DNA of 64,000 bases from the IMG/VR virus record IMGVR_UViG_3300028833_000053. One strand, given 5' to 3'. A program made the translations under genes and the position numbers. Below the pieces are notes generated by a model. The model was not told the DNA's origin, did no database searches, and saw only the letters and a list, made by a program, of their open reading frames with translations. This stretch comes from a virus (lineage: Duplodnaviria; Caudoviricetes). This document shows positions 51,720-61,229 of this stretch, piece by piece; the stretch's first letter is position 1; each line of letters begins with the position of its first letter.

Positions 51720-51757
51720 GGCTTTACACGGAACGCGGTTTGACGTATAATTAATGT

Positions 51758-51832
51758 AGCCAGTGGTGAATGGATTGTTACTTCTGATCTGTTAAATCAA
51801 CCTAGTTACCCAATCCACGTTTTTCCCTGGCT
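51758..51832 (+). ncRNA. Y-RNA-like RNA 2
   Basis: Own TTTACA-N17-TATAAT promoter; same architecture as RNA 1 with different stem sequences; followed by a U tract. Confidence 0.72.
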
Positions 51833-51905
51833 TTTCTTTTTAACGCGCCTTTACAACGGGCGCGTTTTATTGTATAATAAAACATAGCAACAAAGGAGAG
51901 CAGAT

Positions 51906-52211
51906 ATGCGACATGTAACCGTACCAAACTACACGGTCAACCGCCCCTATGACGGGGGCTTTGGATACCATACCTACAACTTCACCAGTCCGACGAAGGA
52001 CAGGGTTTATGTCAAGGTTCTGAAGTTTGTTGAGAGCCATCCAAAGTGCAAACGCAGGGATATTCAGTTTGGCGTGTGGGGAAACCACAACAAGAGCAAT
52101 TCCACGTTGTTCGCCCAGATGCTCTACCACGACATCCTTGACTACAACAAGAATTTCGAGTACAGGGTCACGCGCAAGGGCAAGAACATTTTGAGGAAGG
52201 TGTTCAAGTAA
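51906..52211 (+). CDS. Winged-helix-like small protein
   Basis: Own promoter; C-terminal YRVTRKGKNIL. Confidence 0.6.
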   Translation: MRHVTVPNYTVNRPYDGGFGYHTYNFTSPTKDRVYVKVLKFVESHPKCKRRDIQFGVWGNHNKSNSTLFAQMLYHDILDYNKNFEYRVTRKGKNILRKVFK

Positions 52212-52230
52212 AGACGAAAGGCAAGACCTT

Positions 52231-52422
52231 ATGAAAGCCATTTGCATTGTTCTGTTCGCAATAGCGTTCTTCGCATTCGGAATCAGGTGGATTGCGTCCG
52301 ACCCCAATGTTCCCCTTGTTGGGAGGGTTCTATGCCACACGGCAACCACGGTTGTGTCTGGACTAATGATATTCGCAGCGTATTCAACAAGAAAGAACGA
52401 TGATGAAGATGAGCAGGCATGA
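52231..52422 (+). CDS. Small membrane protein
   Basis: Two hydrophobic segments. Confidence 0.55.
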   Translation: MKAICIVLFAIAFFAFGIRWIASDPNVPLVGRVLCHTATTVVSGLMIFAAYSTRKNDDEDEQA

Positions 52423-53309
52423 AATTCGACCTGGCCATAGGCAATCCACCATATACTTCTGGCGTGGACATTGACGTACACAAGTCCTTTTCGGGCATCT
52501 CGAAGAGAATTGTGTTTGTGCATCCCTCCACGTTCTTGATTTCACACAAGCGCAATTCCTTCAAGAAGCAGATGAAGCGGATTGACATGAGGAAACTGGA
52601 AACCGCCCATCTGTTCTGGGGAAACGCCCTATTCAACATCCAACTTTACATGCCCATTGTCATTTCAACTTGGAACGAGGAGAAAACCAACGAAACAGTC
52701 CATGTGATTGACGATGCCTATAACCACTGCGAATATGACGTTGACTATGACAAGGTTCACCACTACGGCAAGGACTATCCCAGGTTCTTGGATTGGGTGA
52801 ACAAGAACGTCATGCCACTTGTGGAGAAGAATGGTTCTGTTGGAGGACATGGGGCGTATGAAGTGACGGAGCAATTTGGATTCAAGATGTCCACAATGCG
52901 CGGGCATCCCCCGCTTGACGATGGGGATTCTGCTTTGCGTGACGATTTCTACACCATACTTCCACAGTCGGACAAGGTGGTGCGCGAAAACTTCTGCAAG
53001 TTGGGTGATTCAGACCCAAACTACAAGCGCATGTTCTCCTTCAAGACGGAAGAGGAACGCGAGAATTTCCTTTGGTATTTGAAGACCAAGTGCGTCAGGT
53101 TCAACCTATCCATATTCAAGTTCTCCAACATGCTGATGAGGGGAGAAATGACGCAGATACCGTGGATGGACTTCACAATTAGATATTCCGACGCGGATTT
53201 GAGGAAATTGTGGAACATTGACGATGATTTGTGGGCATTCATTGATGGGAAAATCCCGGATTATTATTTTGATTATTCTTATCAAACCCCCTTTACAAGC
53301 AGACAGTAA
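52419..53309 (+). CDS. Eco57I-like amino-methyltransferase, catalytic and TRD half (no SAM-binding motifs)
   Basis: Starts at MKFDLAIGNPPY (motif IV); C-terminal YLKTK.VRF..IPW.DF...SDADL. Confidence 0.75.
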   Translation: MKFDLAIGNPPYTSGVDIDVHKSFSGISKRIVFVHPSTFLISHKRNSFKKQMKRIDMRKLETAHLFWGNALFNIQLYMPIVISTWNEEKTNETVHVIDDAYNHCEYDVDYDKVHHYGKDYPRFLDWVNKNVMPLVEKNGSVGGHGAYEVTEQFGFKMSTMRGHPPLDDGDSALRDDFYTILPQSDKVVRENFCKLGDSDPNYKRMFSFKTEEERENFLWYLKTKCVRFNLSIFKFSNMLMRGEMTQIPWMDFTIRYSDADLRKLWNIDDDLWAFIDGKIPDYYFDYSYQTPFTSRQ

Positions 53310-53379
53310 TGTGATATACTGTTGGCGTTCTTTGGGCGCAGAAGGATGCCTGTGAGTTCCTTCAAATGCAAACAGCAAA

Positions 53380-54771
53380 ATGAACATGCATGACAATATC
53401 TGGATCCTCACTGAGGAAAAACCGAAGGTATCTGTGATTCTTCAAATCATAAAGACGTATTGTCAGGACTTTGGTGATTCAATTGTTCAGCAATCTGAGG
53501 AAGTAAAAATCAGACCATTGTTTGAGAATGAAGTTTTTACATTTCAATATGTTGTAGAAGGAATTATCTTGAATAATGTAGCATCTATAATAATAAAGAC
53601 CGTTAGTGGCAATTCTAGTTTTGTTGATTTTCTTTTGTTCAAGCAGCTAAATACACCAGACCCTAAATTAATGGATGATGTTCCTATCATGGCTGTGGAA
53701 GAGACAAAAACTCAAGATAAGGAATCCAGAAATACTAGTGTATATCAACGGGCCACAAAATTTGTATTCATTCACCGATATTACCCAAACGTGAAAACAT
53801 ATATGTTGTATAACAATGAATGTGTTGTTTCCCCAACAAAGGAGCCGAGTCCGACAAACAAATTTGGGATGAATCTACTATTAAGTATTGGTGTGAAAAT
53901 CATTGGGCGTGATATGAAATGGTATAGTAGTTTTTCATCCATAGATGAAATCATTAAGTATAAGTCCACAATGGAAAACCCTCCCAATGGACAACGAACA
54001 GATATAATAAAGGAAGGATCTACAATTTTCATATCTTGCAAGTTGGATAAGAAGCATTATGAGGGAAAAATATCACACGATCCAAACATAGGAATGGTAT
54101 CCCTTCTTGCGTATACATTCAAAACACTTGGGTGGACTGGAGACATAGTAATAACCAACCATAACATTGAACAGAAAAACATTTCCGCAAAAAAAAGCAG
54201 TAATAACAAATTCATGTATGTTTGTGCCTTATTGGGATTGAAAATGGAAGGGCTTTATCTTCCAAATGTTCAACTTCCAAAAAATTACTGGCATTATGAA
54301 GAAAGTTCGGAAAAAATGGCATCAATATTGCTTCATGTTATGTCAGAGTATATTGGATTGGAAGAAGTTTATCAAAATCATGCTGGTTGTGAACGTGGAT
54401 ATTTCAAGACCACATTTGACAATAGGCAGTTGCCGAAGAAATCTGAAGGTAAAAACCTTCTTCTTCCCGATGTTGTCTTACGAGATGATATCACAAAAAC
54501 AATTGTTCTCGTAGAAGGAAAGAAATTATCAACCATAAACAATGGGCTTAAAGAGATAAACGAATACGATGGAATTGAGTTGGAATTTATTCAGAAATTC
54601 TTTCCAACTTATCGCATTGCAAGAGGCGTATCAATCTTTGGTGGAAAGGAAAAATCAATTCCCAAAAAGGGTGTGATATTCTATTTGAATGAGAATGGGG
54701 AAGTGTTTATCTCTGATGATGCACCTGCCTGTATAAAACGTATCATTCAAACTATAAAGAAATCGGTATAA
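53380..54771 (+). CDS. Type IIS restriction endonuclease, BtsCI/BstF5I-like
   Basis: LTEE.PK, VSG.SSFVD, EETKT.D.ESRNT..YQR..KF, DPNIG, NHAGC and PD..E.K match my recollection of R.BtsCI. Confidence 0.7.
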   Translation: MNMHDNIWILTEEKPKVSVILQIIKTYCQDFGDSIVQQSEEVKIRPLFENEVFTFQYVVEGIILNNVASIIIKTVSGNSSFVDFLLFKQLNTPDPKLMDDVPIMAVEETKTQDKESRNTSVYQRATKFVFIHRYYPNVKTYMLYNNECVVSPTKEPSPTNKFGMNLLLSIGVKIIGRDMKWYSSFSSIDEIIKYKSTMENPPNGQRTDIIKEGSTIFISCKLDKKHYEGKISHDPNIGMVSLLAYTFKTLGWTGDIVITNHNIEQKNISAKKSSNNKFMYVCALLGLKMEGLYLPNVQLPKNYWHYEESSEKMASILLHVMSEYIGLEEVYQNHAGCERGYFKTTFDNRQLPKKSEGKNLLLPDVVLRDDITKTIVLVEGKKLSTINNGLKEINEYDGIELEFIQKFFPTYRIARGVSIFGGKEKSIPKKGVIFYLNENGEVFISDDAPACIKRIIQTIKKSV

Positions 54772-54801
54772 TTGTTATAGCGGTAAAGTAGGATAAAATA
54801 A

Positions 54802-55833
54802 ATGAGATACATAGGAAGTAAAATTCTTTTATTGAACCAAATCCAATCAGTTGTTGAACGTCACGCTTCTGGTGCGAAGACATTTTGTGACTTGTTTTCA
54901 GGTTCAGCGTGTGTTGCAAGACATTTCAAACAATTTTTCGAGGTTTACTCAAACGATATTTTGTATTTTTCATATTGCTTGCAGCGAGGAAGTGTTGAAA
55001 ATGATTCTGTTCCAACATTTGACAACTTGACAAAAAAGAAAGGATTTTCCAGTCCCATTGACTATTTGAATAATCTTCATAATAATGAAATGGAGGCTTT
55101 GGACAAAGATTGTCGTTTATTTCAAACTAATTTGTCACCTTCAGCTGGACGTATGTATGTGACGGATGAAAATGCCTTGAGGATTGACTTTGCAAGAAAC
55201 TCAATTGAACAATGGAAATCACAGGGGCTTCTATCAGATGATGAATATTATTATCTTGTAGCTTCTGTCATTGAGGGAATTCCATTTATTTCTAACATCG
55301 CTGGTACTTATGGAGCATTCTACAAAACATGGGATAGACGCGCCCTCAAGAAGTTTGAACTTAAAACAATTCCTGTTGTGTCAAACTTCAAGAACAACAA
55401 GTCATACAACGAAAATGGAATAGAACTTCTCACTAAAATTTCCGGGGATGTGTTATACATTGATCCACCATACAACCAAAGACAATATCTTCCAAATTAT
55501 CATGTTTTGGAAACTGCTGCCAAATACGATTTTCCAAAACTACATGGGGTTACTGGATTGAGAGATTACGAAAAAGAGAAATCAGATTTCTGTCTTTCCA
55601 AAAAAGTGTCAATCGCATTTGACAAGTTGATGAACACGGCCCAATTTTCCCACATCATCATGAGTTACAGCACCGATGGGCTTATGTCTGAAAAGGAAAT
55701 AGAGGAAATTATGAAACGTCATGGAAATCCCGACACGTTTGAACTTATAGAAATTCCTTACCGAAGATATAAATGTCGTACTGGTGCAAAAAAGCCAAAC
55801 CTAAATGAACTGTTATTTTATATTTCAAAATGA
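54802..55833 (+). CDS. N6-adenine DNA methyltransferase M1 (D12 class, FokI-N-like)
   Basis: MRYIGSK, DLFSGS, YIDPPY, NYHVLET. Confidence 0.9.
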   Translation: MRYIGSKILLLNQIQSVVERHASGAKTFCDLFSGSACVARHFKQFFEVYSNDILYFSYCLQRGSVENDSVPTFDNLTKKKGFSSPIDYLNNLHNNEMEALDKDCRLFQTNLSPSAGRMYVTDENALRIDFARNSIEQWKSQGLLSDDEYYYLVASVIEGIPFISNIAGTYGAFYKTWDRRALKKFELKTIPVVSNFKNNKSYNENGIELLTKISGDVLYIDPPYNQRQYLPNYHVLETAAKYDFPKLHGVTGLRDYEKEKSDFCLSKKVSIAFDKLMNTAQFSHIIMSYSTDGLMSEKEIEEIMKRHGNPDTFELIEIPYRRYKCRTGAKKPNLNELLFYISK

Positions 55834-56690
55834 AAAATCAAAAACTTATACATAGTCCATTAAACTATATGGGTGGTAAATACAAAATATTGAAGAATAT
55901 TTTGCCTTTGTTTCCCAATGAAATTAATACATTTGTTGATTTGTTCGCTGGCGGTCTTAATGTTGGAATAAATGTTTATGCAAAGAAAGTTATTGCAAAC
56001 GATCACCTTACATTTTTGATGGACATATATAGGTATTTTCAGAATACGGAATGGGATATTATCATAGATGACATCTACAAGAAAATTGAGAAGTTTTCCC
56101 TTGATATGAACAACAAGGAGGGATACTTGCAGTTGAGGGATGAATACAATGCAAATCACGTTCCTCTTGACTTATTCCTTCTTTCTTGCTATTCATTCAA
56201 TCATCAAATACGTTTTAACTTAAAATACGAATTCAACACACCATTTGGAACTGGTAGAAGTTCATTTAATGAATCTATTAAGACTAATCTTGAAATGTTT
56301 GTAAAGCGGCTTCAAACCAATAACATAGTGCTTGAAAGCAAGGACTTTATTTCAATTCAATTAGATTATCTTACGCACGATGATTTTGTTTATTGTGATC
56401 CACCATATTTAATCACAGATGGAACATATAATAGCAGGCGTGGATTCAAAGGGTGGGCAGAAAGTGAAGAAGTTCAACTTTTGACTCTACTTGATGATTT
56501 GAATGAACGTGGCATAAAGTTTGCATTATCAAATGTCCTTCAACATAAAGGCGAACAAAATAAAATTTTGTCAGAGTGGGCTTCAAAGTACAACATAAAT
56601 TCAATAGATAAGAATTATTCTAATTGTAGTTATCACTTGAAGAGTAGAGATACAAAAACAATTGAAGTCCTTATTACAAACTATACTTAA
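55830..56690 (+). CDS. N6-adenine DNA methyltransferase M2 (Dam-like)
   Basis: SPLNYMGGK, DLFAGG, YCDPPY, EVLITNY. Confidence 0.9.
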   Translation: MKNQKLIHSPLNYMGGKYKILKNILPLFPNEINTFVDLFAGGLNVGINVYAKKVIANDHLTFLMDIYRYFQNTEWDIIIDDIYKKIEKFSLDMNNKEGYLQLRDEYNANHVPLDLFLLSCYSFNHQIRFNLKYEFNTPFGTGRSSFNESIKTNLEMFVKRLQTNNIVLESKDFISIQLDYLTHDDFVYCDPPYLITDGTYNSRRGFKGWAESEEVQLLTLLDDLNERGIKFALSNVLQHKGEQNKILSEWASKYNINSIDKNYSNCSYHLKSRDTKTIEVLITNYT

Positions 56691-56745
56691 GATGTATGAT
56701 ATATTTACGTTCCAATCTTAAATTGGTATAATGTGACGTGTAGAT

Positions 56746-57387
56746 ATGTCTGAAGAGAACTCCATAAGAACTATTGATGAAATTGAATCCCGTTTCAAGG
56801 AAGTGACAGGTCTGACCCATCTTGACCTGTCAATTCCTCATTTTCAGAAAGGCGACAATCAGCAGCAGGCTACCACCAAGGAGGAATACAAGAAGTTCGG
56901 ATTTGTCACAACACCCCTTTGGTTGGTTGACGAGATGCTTGAACCTCAGATTCCAAATCTCACGTTGACTTCCACCACTTGTGACGCATGTTCCGGTTGC
57001 GGCCAGTTCTCAATCAGACTTATGCGCAAGTTGCATGACAAGTTCGTGACGATGGGTGTTCCGGAGGAAAAGGTCAATGCTTGGATCACAAAAGTTTGGT
57101 TGCCGAAGCAGCATTGGTTCACTGAATTCCAGTTTTCCAACGTGGCGAAACTCGTTTACATTTTTGGTCCGAACATCAACGTGTATGCCGGAGATTCCCT
57201 GAACATGAGGTTTGCTAAAGCAAACGAACAAGGTCTGCTCTTTTTCAACGAGAAGCGGAAGACCTGGCTGAACATCCCAAATCTCCAACCCGAAGTTGAG
57301 AAGCGCAAGGACGACCTCGACGCGCTTGTGACGCTGTTCAAGGTGCTTGAAACCAACTGGAATCTCATAAACCACATGAAGAACTAA
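56746..57387 (+). CDS. Amino-methyltransferase, SAM-binding half (motifs X, I-III; no NPPY)
   Basis: GFVTTPLWLVDEML, DACSGCGQF, NVYAGDSL. Confidence 0.75.
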   Translation: MSEENSIRTIDEIESRFKEVTGLTHLDLSIPHFQKGDNQQQATTKEEYKKFGFVTTPLWLVDEMLEPQIPNLTLTSTTCDACSGCGQFSIRLMRKLHDKFVTMGVPEEKVNAWITKVWLPKQHWFTEFQFSNVAKLVYIFGPNINVYAGDSLNMRFAKANEQGLLFFNEKRKTWLNIPNLQPEVEKRKDDLDALVTLFKVLETNWNLINHMKN

Positions 57388-57438
57388 ACATTTTCGGGAA
57401 TTGTCGTATAATGGTACTGAAAGGATAAACAAACTAAA

Positions 57439-58341
57439 ATGATAGTTGATGACAATAAGAAGAATTTCGCCCAGTTCCGGAAGGAACTTTTGAGCCTTTG
57501 CCCGAGAATGGACGAGCAAGAAGTATACCGCAATTGGTGGGCTTACCAAAGTCCCCATAACGATTGGAAAATCCAGCAAGAGCCTATGTGGGGCTTTGAC
57601 AAGAAATACCACATGGTGTATCTCACAAAGACCGCGTTGGGTGAAATCTACGTCGGGATGCATTCCACCTCCAGCTTGGATGACAACTACCATGGATCGG
57701 GCGATGAAATCCGCAAGTTGAGGGAAGAGGGCGCGTTGCTTGAAACCACGCCACTTGAGTTCTTCCGCACAAGGGGCGAGGCGTTGGCTATGGAGGCGCA
57801 CATTGTCAACCGCGACTTCATAATCGCCGATGGGGTTTTGAACCAGACTCCAGGAGGTGACGATACAAGGCACAACGCCGTGGACAACACCAATGACTTT
57901 GACTTCAAGCCGAGGTTCCAGCCAAAGGTCGTCCAGAGGGAAATCTCCCCCTTGTTGAAGGGTTCCGCTCCCGCGTATGAACTTCCCAAGGCGGCTTGCG
58001 ACATCATTGACTCCTTTGGGGCGGAAACCAAGCCAACGGAAACGAAGAACAAGACCGTGACCAAGAAGGACGAGAAAGGCAAGGGGACGTTCTGGCCGTT
58101 CAGTGCGTTGGACGTGGAAATCGGAGACATCCTGACGTTTGCAAAGGACGATTCCATAACGTGCAAGGTTCTGAATAATAACTGCCTTGTGGAGTACCAG
58201 GGCAAGGCGTGGAAACTCACCGAATTGACAAAGCACCTTATGACGGGCAAGAAGGGCAAGTACACAACACTGGGGTTCTGGAAGCACAATGGCAAGTTCC
58301 TTGCGGACATTGCCAAGGAAAAGGAACGCAAGGCGGCGTAA
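57439..58341 (+). CDS. GIY-YIG-like (Seg-type) endonuclease with C-terminal accessory domain
   Basis: MVYLT....IYVGMHST..LDD.YHGSG..E..LN. Confidence 0.7.
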   Translation: MIVDDNKKNFAQFRKELLSLCPRMDEQEVYRNWWAYQSPHNDWKIQQEPMWGFDKKYHMVYLTKTALGEIYVGMHSTSSLDDNYHGSGDEIRKLREEGALLETTPLEFFRTRGEALAMEAHIVNRDFIIADGVLNQTPGGDDTRHNAVDNTNDFDFKPRFQPKVVQREISPLLKGSAPAYELPKAACDIIDSFGAETKPTETKNKTVTKKDEKGKGTFWPFSALDVEIGDILTFAKDDSITCKVLNNNCLVEYQGKAWKLTELTKHLMTGKKGKYTTLGFWKHNGKFLADIAKEKERKAA

Positions 58342-58463
58342 ATTGAATTAACAATGCAGATTGCCCCTTCTGACCTCTTGATGAAATATTTTCAAGGGGT
58401 CATTGACATTCAGAACCCGATTTGGTATACTGTAAGTGTTCTGAGGAAACAAGGAGAAGTTTG

Positions 58464-60107
58464 ATGAACAAGTACATTCAGAAGATTGCGAATGACCCGC
58501 GCCCCGAGTGCAAGGTTCTTGGGCACCGCGTCCACGTCACCATGAACGCCAACGATGAACGTTGGCCGAGCTGGGGCCGTTGCGTCCTTGGCATTGGTGG
58601 AGGGTTCATCCACTTTGAGAACGAGAAGGACTTCAACGATTGGCGGGCTTGCCAGAACAAGCCCAATGAGGTTGATGAGACCCCGGTGGTTCTGGAACAG
58701 GATGTTGGAGGCCGTTGCGTTCCCGAGTGTGGACCGATTGGTTTCCGTCCAGTGATGGCAGCTTAAAAAGGAGAAGAAGAAAATGAGAAACGTTGTTTGC
58801 TGGCTTGAGATTTGCGTCGATGGCTCTACCCAGTGGGAGATGGTTGACCCGCTCAATGGCGAGTGCATCGAGTATTTCCACAACAAGCTGGACGCCGAGC
58901 TGTACGCCGTGCAGCACGACATCAACATCACCGAATGGATTGAGGACTGAACATGTACGAAAAATTCAAGAAAGAGATTGAGCATATCCTGGACTTCTAT
59001 TCCATCGTCCATGACCGCGAGGAAATAATGAAAGACCTTTCCGAAGTGGTGAACGAGGCGTATGAGAAGGGACGTGAAGATGCCGAGGAATATTACTGAT
59101 TCATGAACAAGGAACTTTGAAAATTGTATGCGGGATAATGGAAATTGGGCGGAGGATTGAACATGCATACCAACAACAAATTCAGCGAAGACGAGAAGCA
59201 GAAAATCGTCATGTGCCTTGACATGGCTGGATGAGAACAGCAGGGCAAGGGGTTGAACTTCTACAATCCAAACCTGGATTCCGTCAAGAACTTTTCAACG
59301 TGGTACGAGGCTTACAAGTTTGTCCTCAAAATCTATGGGAAGGAGAATTGAGAAATGCAACTGACACCGAAGCAGCGCAAGAAAGTGGATGCGGCGTACA
59401 TCGCCGCCAAGGCGCGTCAAGATGAAATGTGGGAGCAGATTGACAGGTTGGAAGCAGAACTCTCAAACATGAAGGACATTTGCGCACGGGCAAAACGTGT
59501 GGAGTGCTACGCCGTGAACATGATGAATGGCGTTGAACCGTTTGATGAAAAGAACCTTGAATTGAAGTAATGAGGTGAAACATGCTGAAGAGTTACGAGG
59601 AAATCAAGTCCGAGAGGAATGGTCTTGGCAATTCCAAAGAAGAGGCTATGTGGAACATAGCAAGGGAGTTGAGCAGGAAGAACGATCTGCTTGAGATTGA
59701 CATGCTCTGCAAGACTGCCGAAACCCTGAAGTCCGTTGCAAAAGGCTCTACAAACCTTCACTATGATGGTTGGCTGATGGCGGAGGAACTGGTTTGCATG
59801 GCGCACAAGAAAATCTGCGCAATCACGAAAACCCCAGAGGGTCTTTCCGAGGAAGGAGAGAAGGAAGATGAGGCTTAAGGAAAACGAGGTCAAGGAAACC
59901 ATCAAGAACCTTGCCGAGACCATAGCAACTGGAAGATGGGGCGCGTGGCAGTGTTCGTTGGGCGCACTTGTTGCCCTTGTGGAACTGACCAACAAGTTGG
60001 AACTTGGAGACGATTTTTGGGGTGAAGTTTTTGACATCAAGGAGAAGTATTCCCAGCAAGTAAAGTCCGTGGTGGCTGCAGACCCAAAGGATTTCTTCAA
60101 TAGATGA
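58464..60107 (+). other. Operon of short hypothetical genes (e.g. 58464..58766, 58783..58950, 59355..59570, 59582..59878, 59868..60107)
   Basis: TTGACA-N17-TATACT promoter at 58403, SD sites, tightly packed ORFs. Confidence 0.6.
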
Positions 60108-60128
60108 GTAAATACTATTATAAACCAA

Positions 60129-60509
60129 ATGAGGTATTTTGACATGTGGAAGAAAATCATGAAAGAGTCCAATGGACCGATGATTGCAACAATTGAACTC
60201 CCCCAGTCGGAGATTGACAAGTGGGATGACTTGACCGAGAATGGTGGAGACTTCGAGGAACTTGGGGTTGACCCTGGTGGCTTGGGGTTGTACGAGACCG
60301 CGGAGTTTGAAGATGGTGTTGTGGCTGCGTTGTCAGTGACGGCAAGCGACGATGAGGAATCTGGTCAGTTCTACTCCGAGGTTGGATTATATGACAGCAA
60401 GGGCCGCGAGCTTGTCCTCCCGGATTCCGCAGATGGAATTGGAATCTCCGGCGATTGGGAATTTGACGTTGATGGAAAACAGTACATCGTGAAGATTGTG
60501 GGGGTGTGA
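60129..60509 (+). CDS. Acidic protein, probable late/virion
   Basis: GTAAATA at 60108; KKIMKES N-terminus. Confidence 0.65.
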   Translation: MRYFDMWKKIMKESNGPMIATIELPQSEIDKWDDLTENGGDFEELGVDPGGLGLYETAEFEDGVVAALSVTASDDEESGQFYSEVGLYDSKGRELVLPDSADGIGISGDWEFDVDGKQYIVKIVGV

Positions 60510-60513
60510 AACA

Positions 60514-61215
60514 ATGAAGTTCTTGAAGAAAGGAAGCAAGGTTTCCGTTGAGGAAGTGAAGACCTCATCCGGACTTGAATATGACATCAAGTTTGACGCC
60601 GGCGGACAAGCTGGTGAAATCACGGTCGCAAAGTGCTGGGACTATCTTCTTGCCGAGAAACTTCGTGACGCCGTTTCCGAGTACATGGCCGAGGAATACA
60701 AGGTTGTGGGGCAGGAGGACGCAGAGATGCTTGAAGAGAGTCTTGACAAGCCAATCATGCCTGACACCGCTGTTGCTGGAAAGCCAATCGCCGTGAAGAT
60801 GGTACGCACCGAAGATCCAAAGGAGGCGTTTACGCTTCACAGTCTGAGGGATTGCATTGACGATTTTGAGAAGGAAGTGTTCACCAAGGTGATGACAACC
60901 GGCAAGCCCTATGATGGTTATGACACGGTTGCAGTTCCAGTTCTTCAGCGTGGAGTTCCAAAGAAATACCAACCATTGCTCAGCAAGTTCAGTGAATCCA
61001 AGAAAGTGAACGAGTCGGTTGATGGCGAGCCTTGGCCCGAGGAAGAGCTGAAGAAGCTTGACAACTACATCGTTGACGCGAAGCTGGCTATTTCACAGGC
61101 AACAAGTTTCATTGAGGGCAACGCATCTTCGGGACTTGATTCCATGGAAGAAGTTTGGACGCACCTTAACAGCACCTACAATGACCTGGATGACATTCAG
61201 GACATGTTTCACTGA
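60514..61215 (+). CDS. Hypothetical protein with xxES-delimited segments
   Basis: LEES and KKVNES boundaries. Confidence 0.65.
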   Translation: MKFLKKGSKVSVEEVKTSSGLEYDIKFDAGGQAGEITVAKCWDYLLAEKLRDAVSEYMAEEYKVVGQEDAEMLEESLDKPIMPDTAVAGKPIAVKMVRTEDPKEAFTLHSLRDCIDDFEKEVFTKVMTTGKPYDGYDTVAVPVLQRGVPKKYQPLLSKFSESKKVNESVDGEPWPEEELKKLDNYIVDAKLAISQATSFIEGNASSGLDSMEEVWTHLNSTYNDLDDIQDMFH

Positions 61216-61229
61216 AAGGAACACTCCTA

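Noticed and set aside
51717-51743. TROVE terminal TAG as evidence against recoding
   Set aside because: Read-through adds only 8 aa before TGA, so it is compatible with either code and uninformative.
55875-55881. GTAAATA inside the M2 methyltransferase gene
   Set aside because: It is part of the conserved GGKY coding motif, not an intergenic site.
57010-58287. Long antisense ORFs (also 918..1853, 21862..22674, 48662..49387)
   Set aside because: They lie opposite well-supported genes, carry no motifs and are expected from the codon bias.
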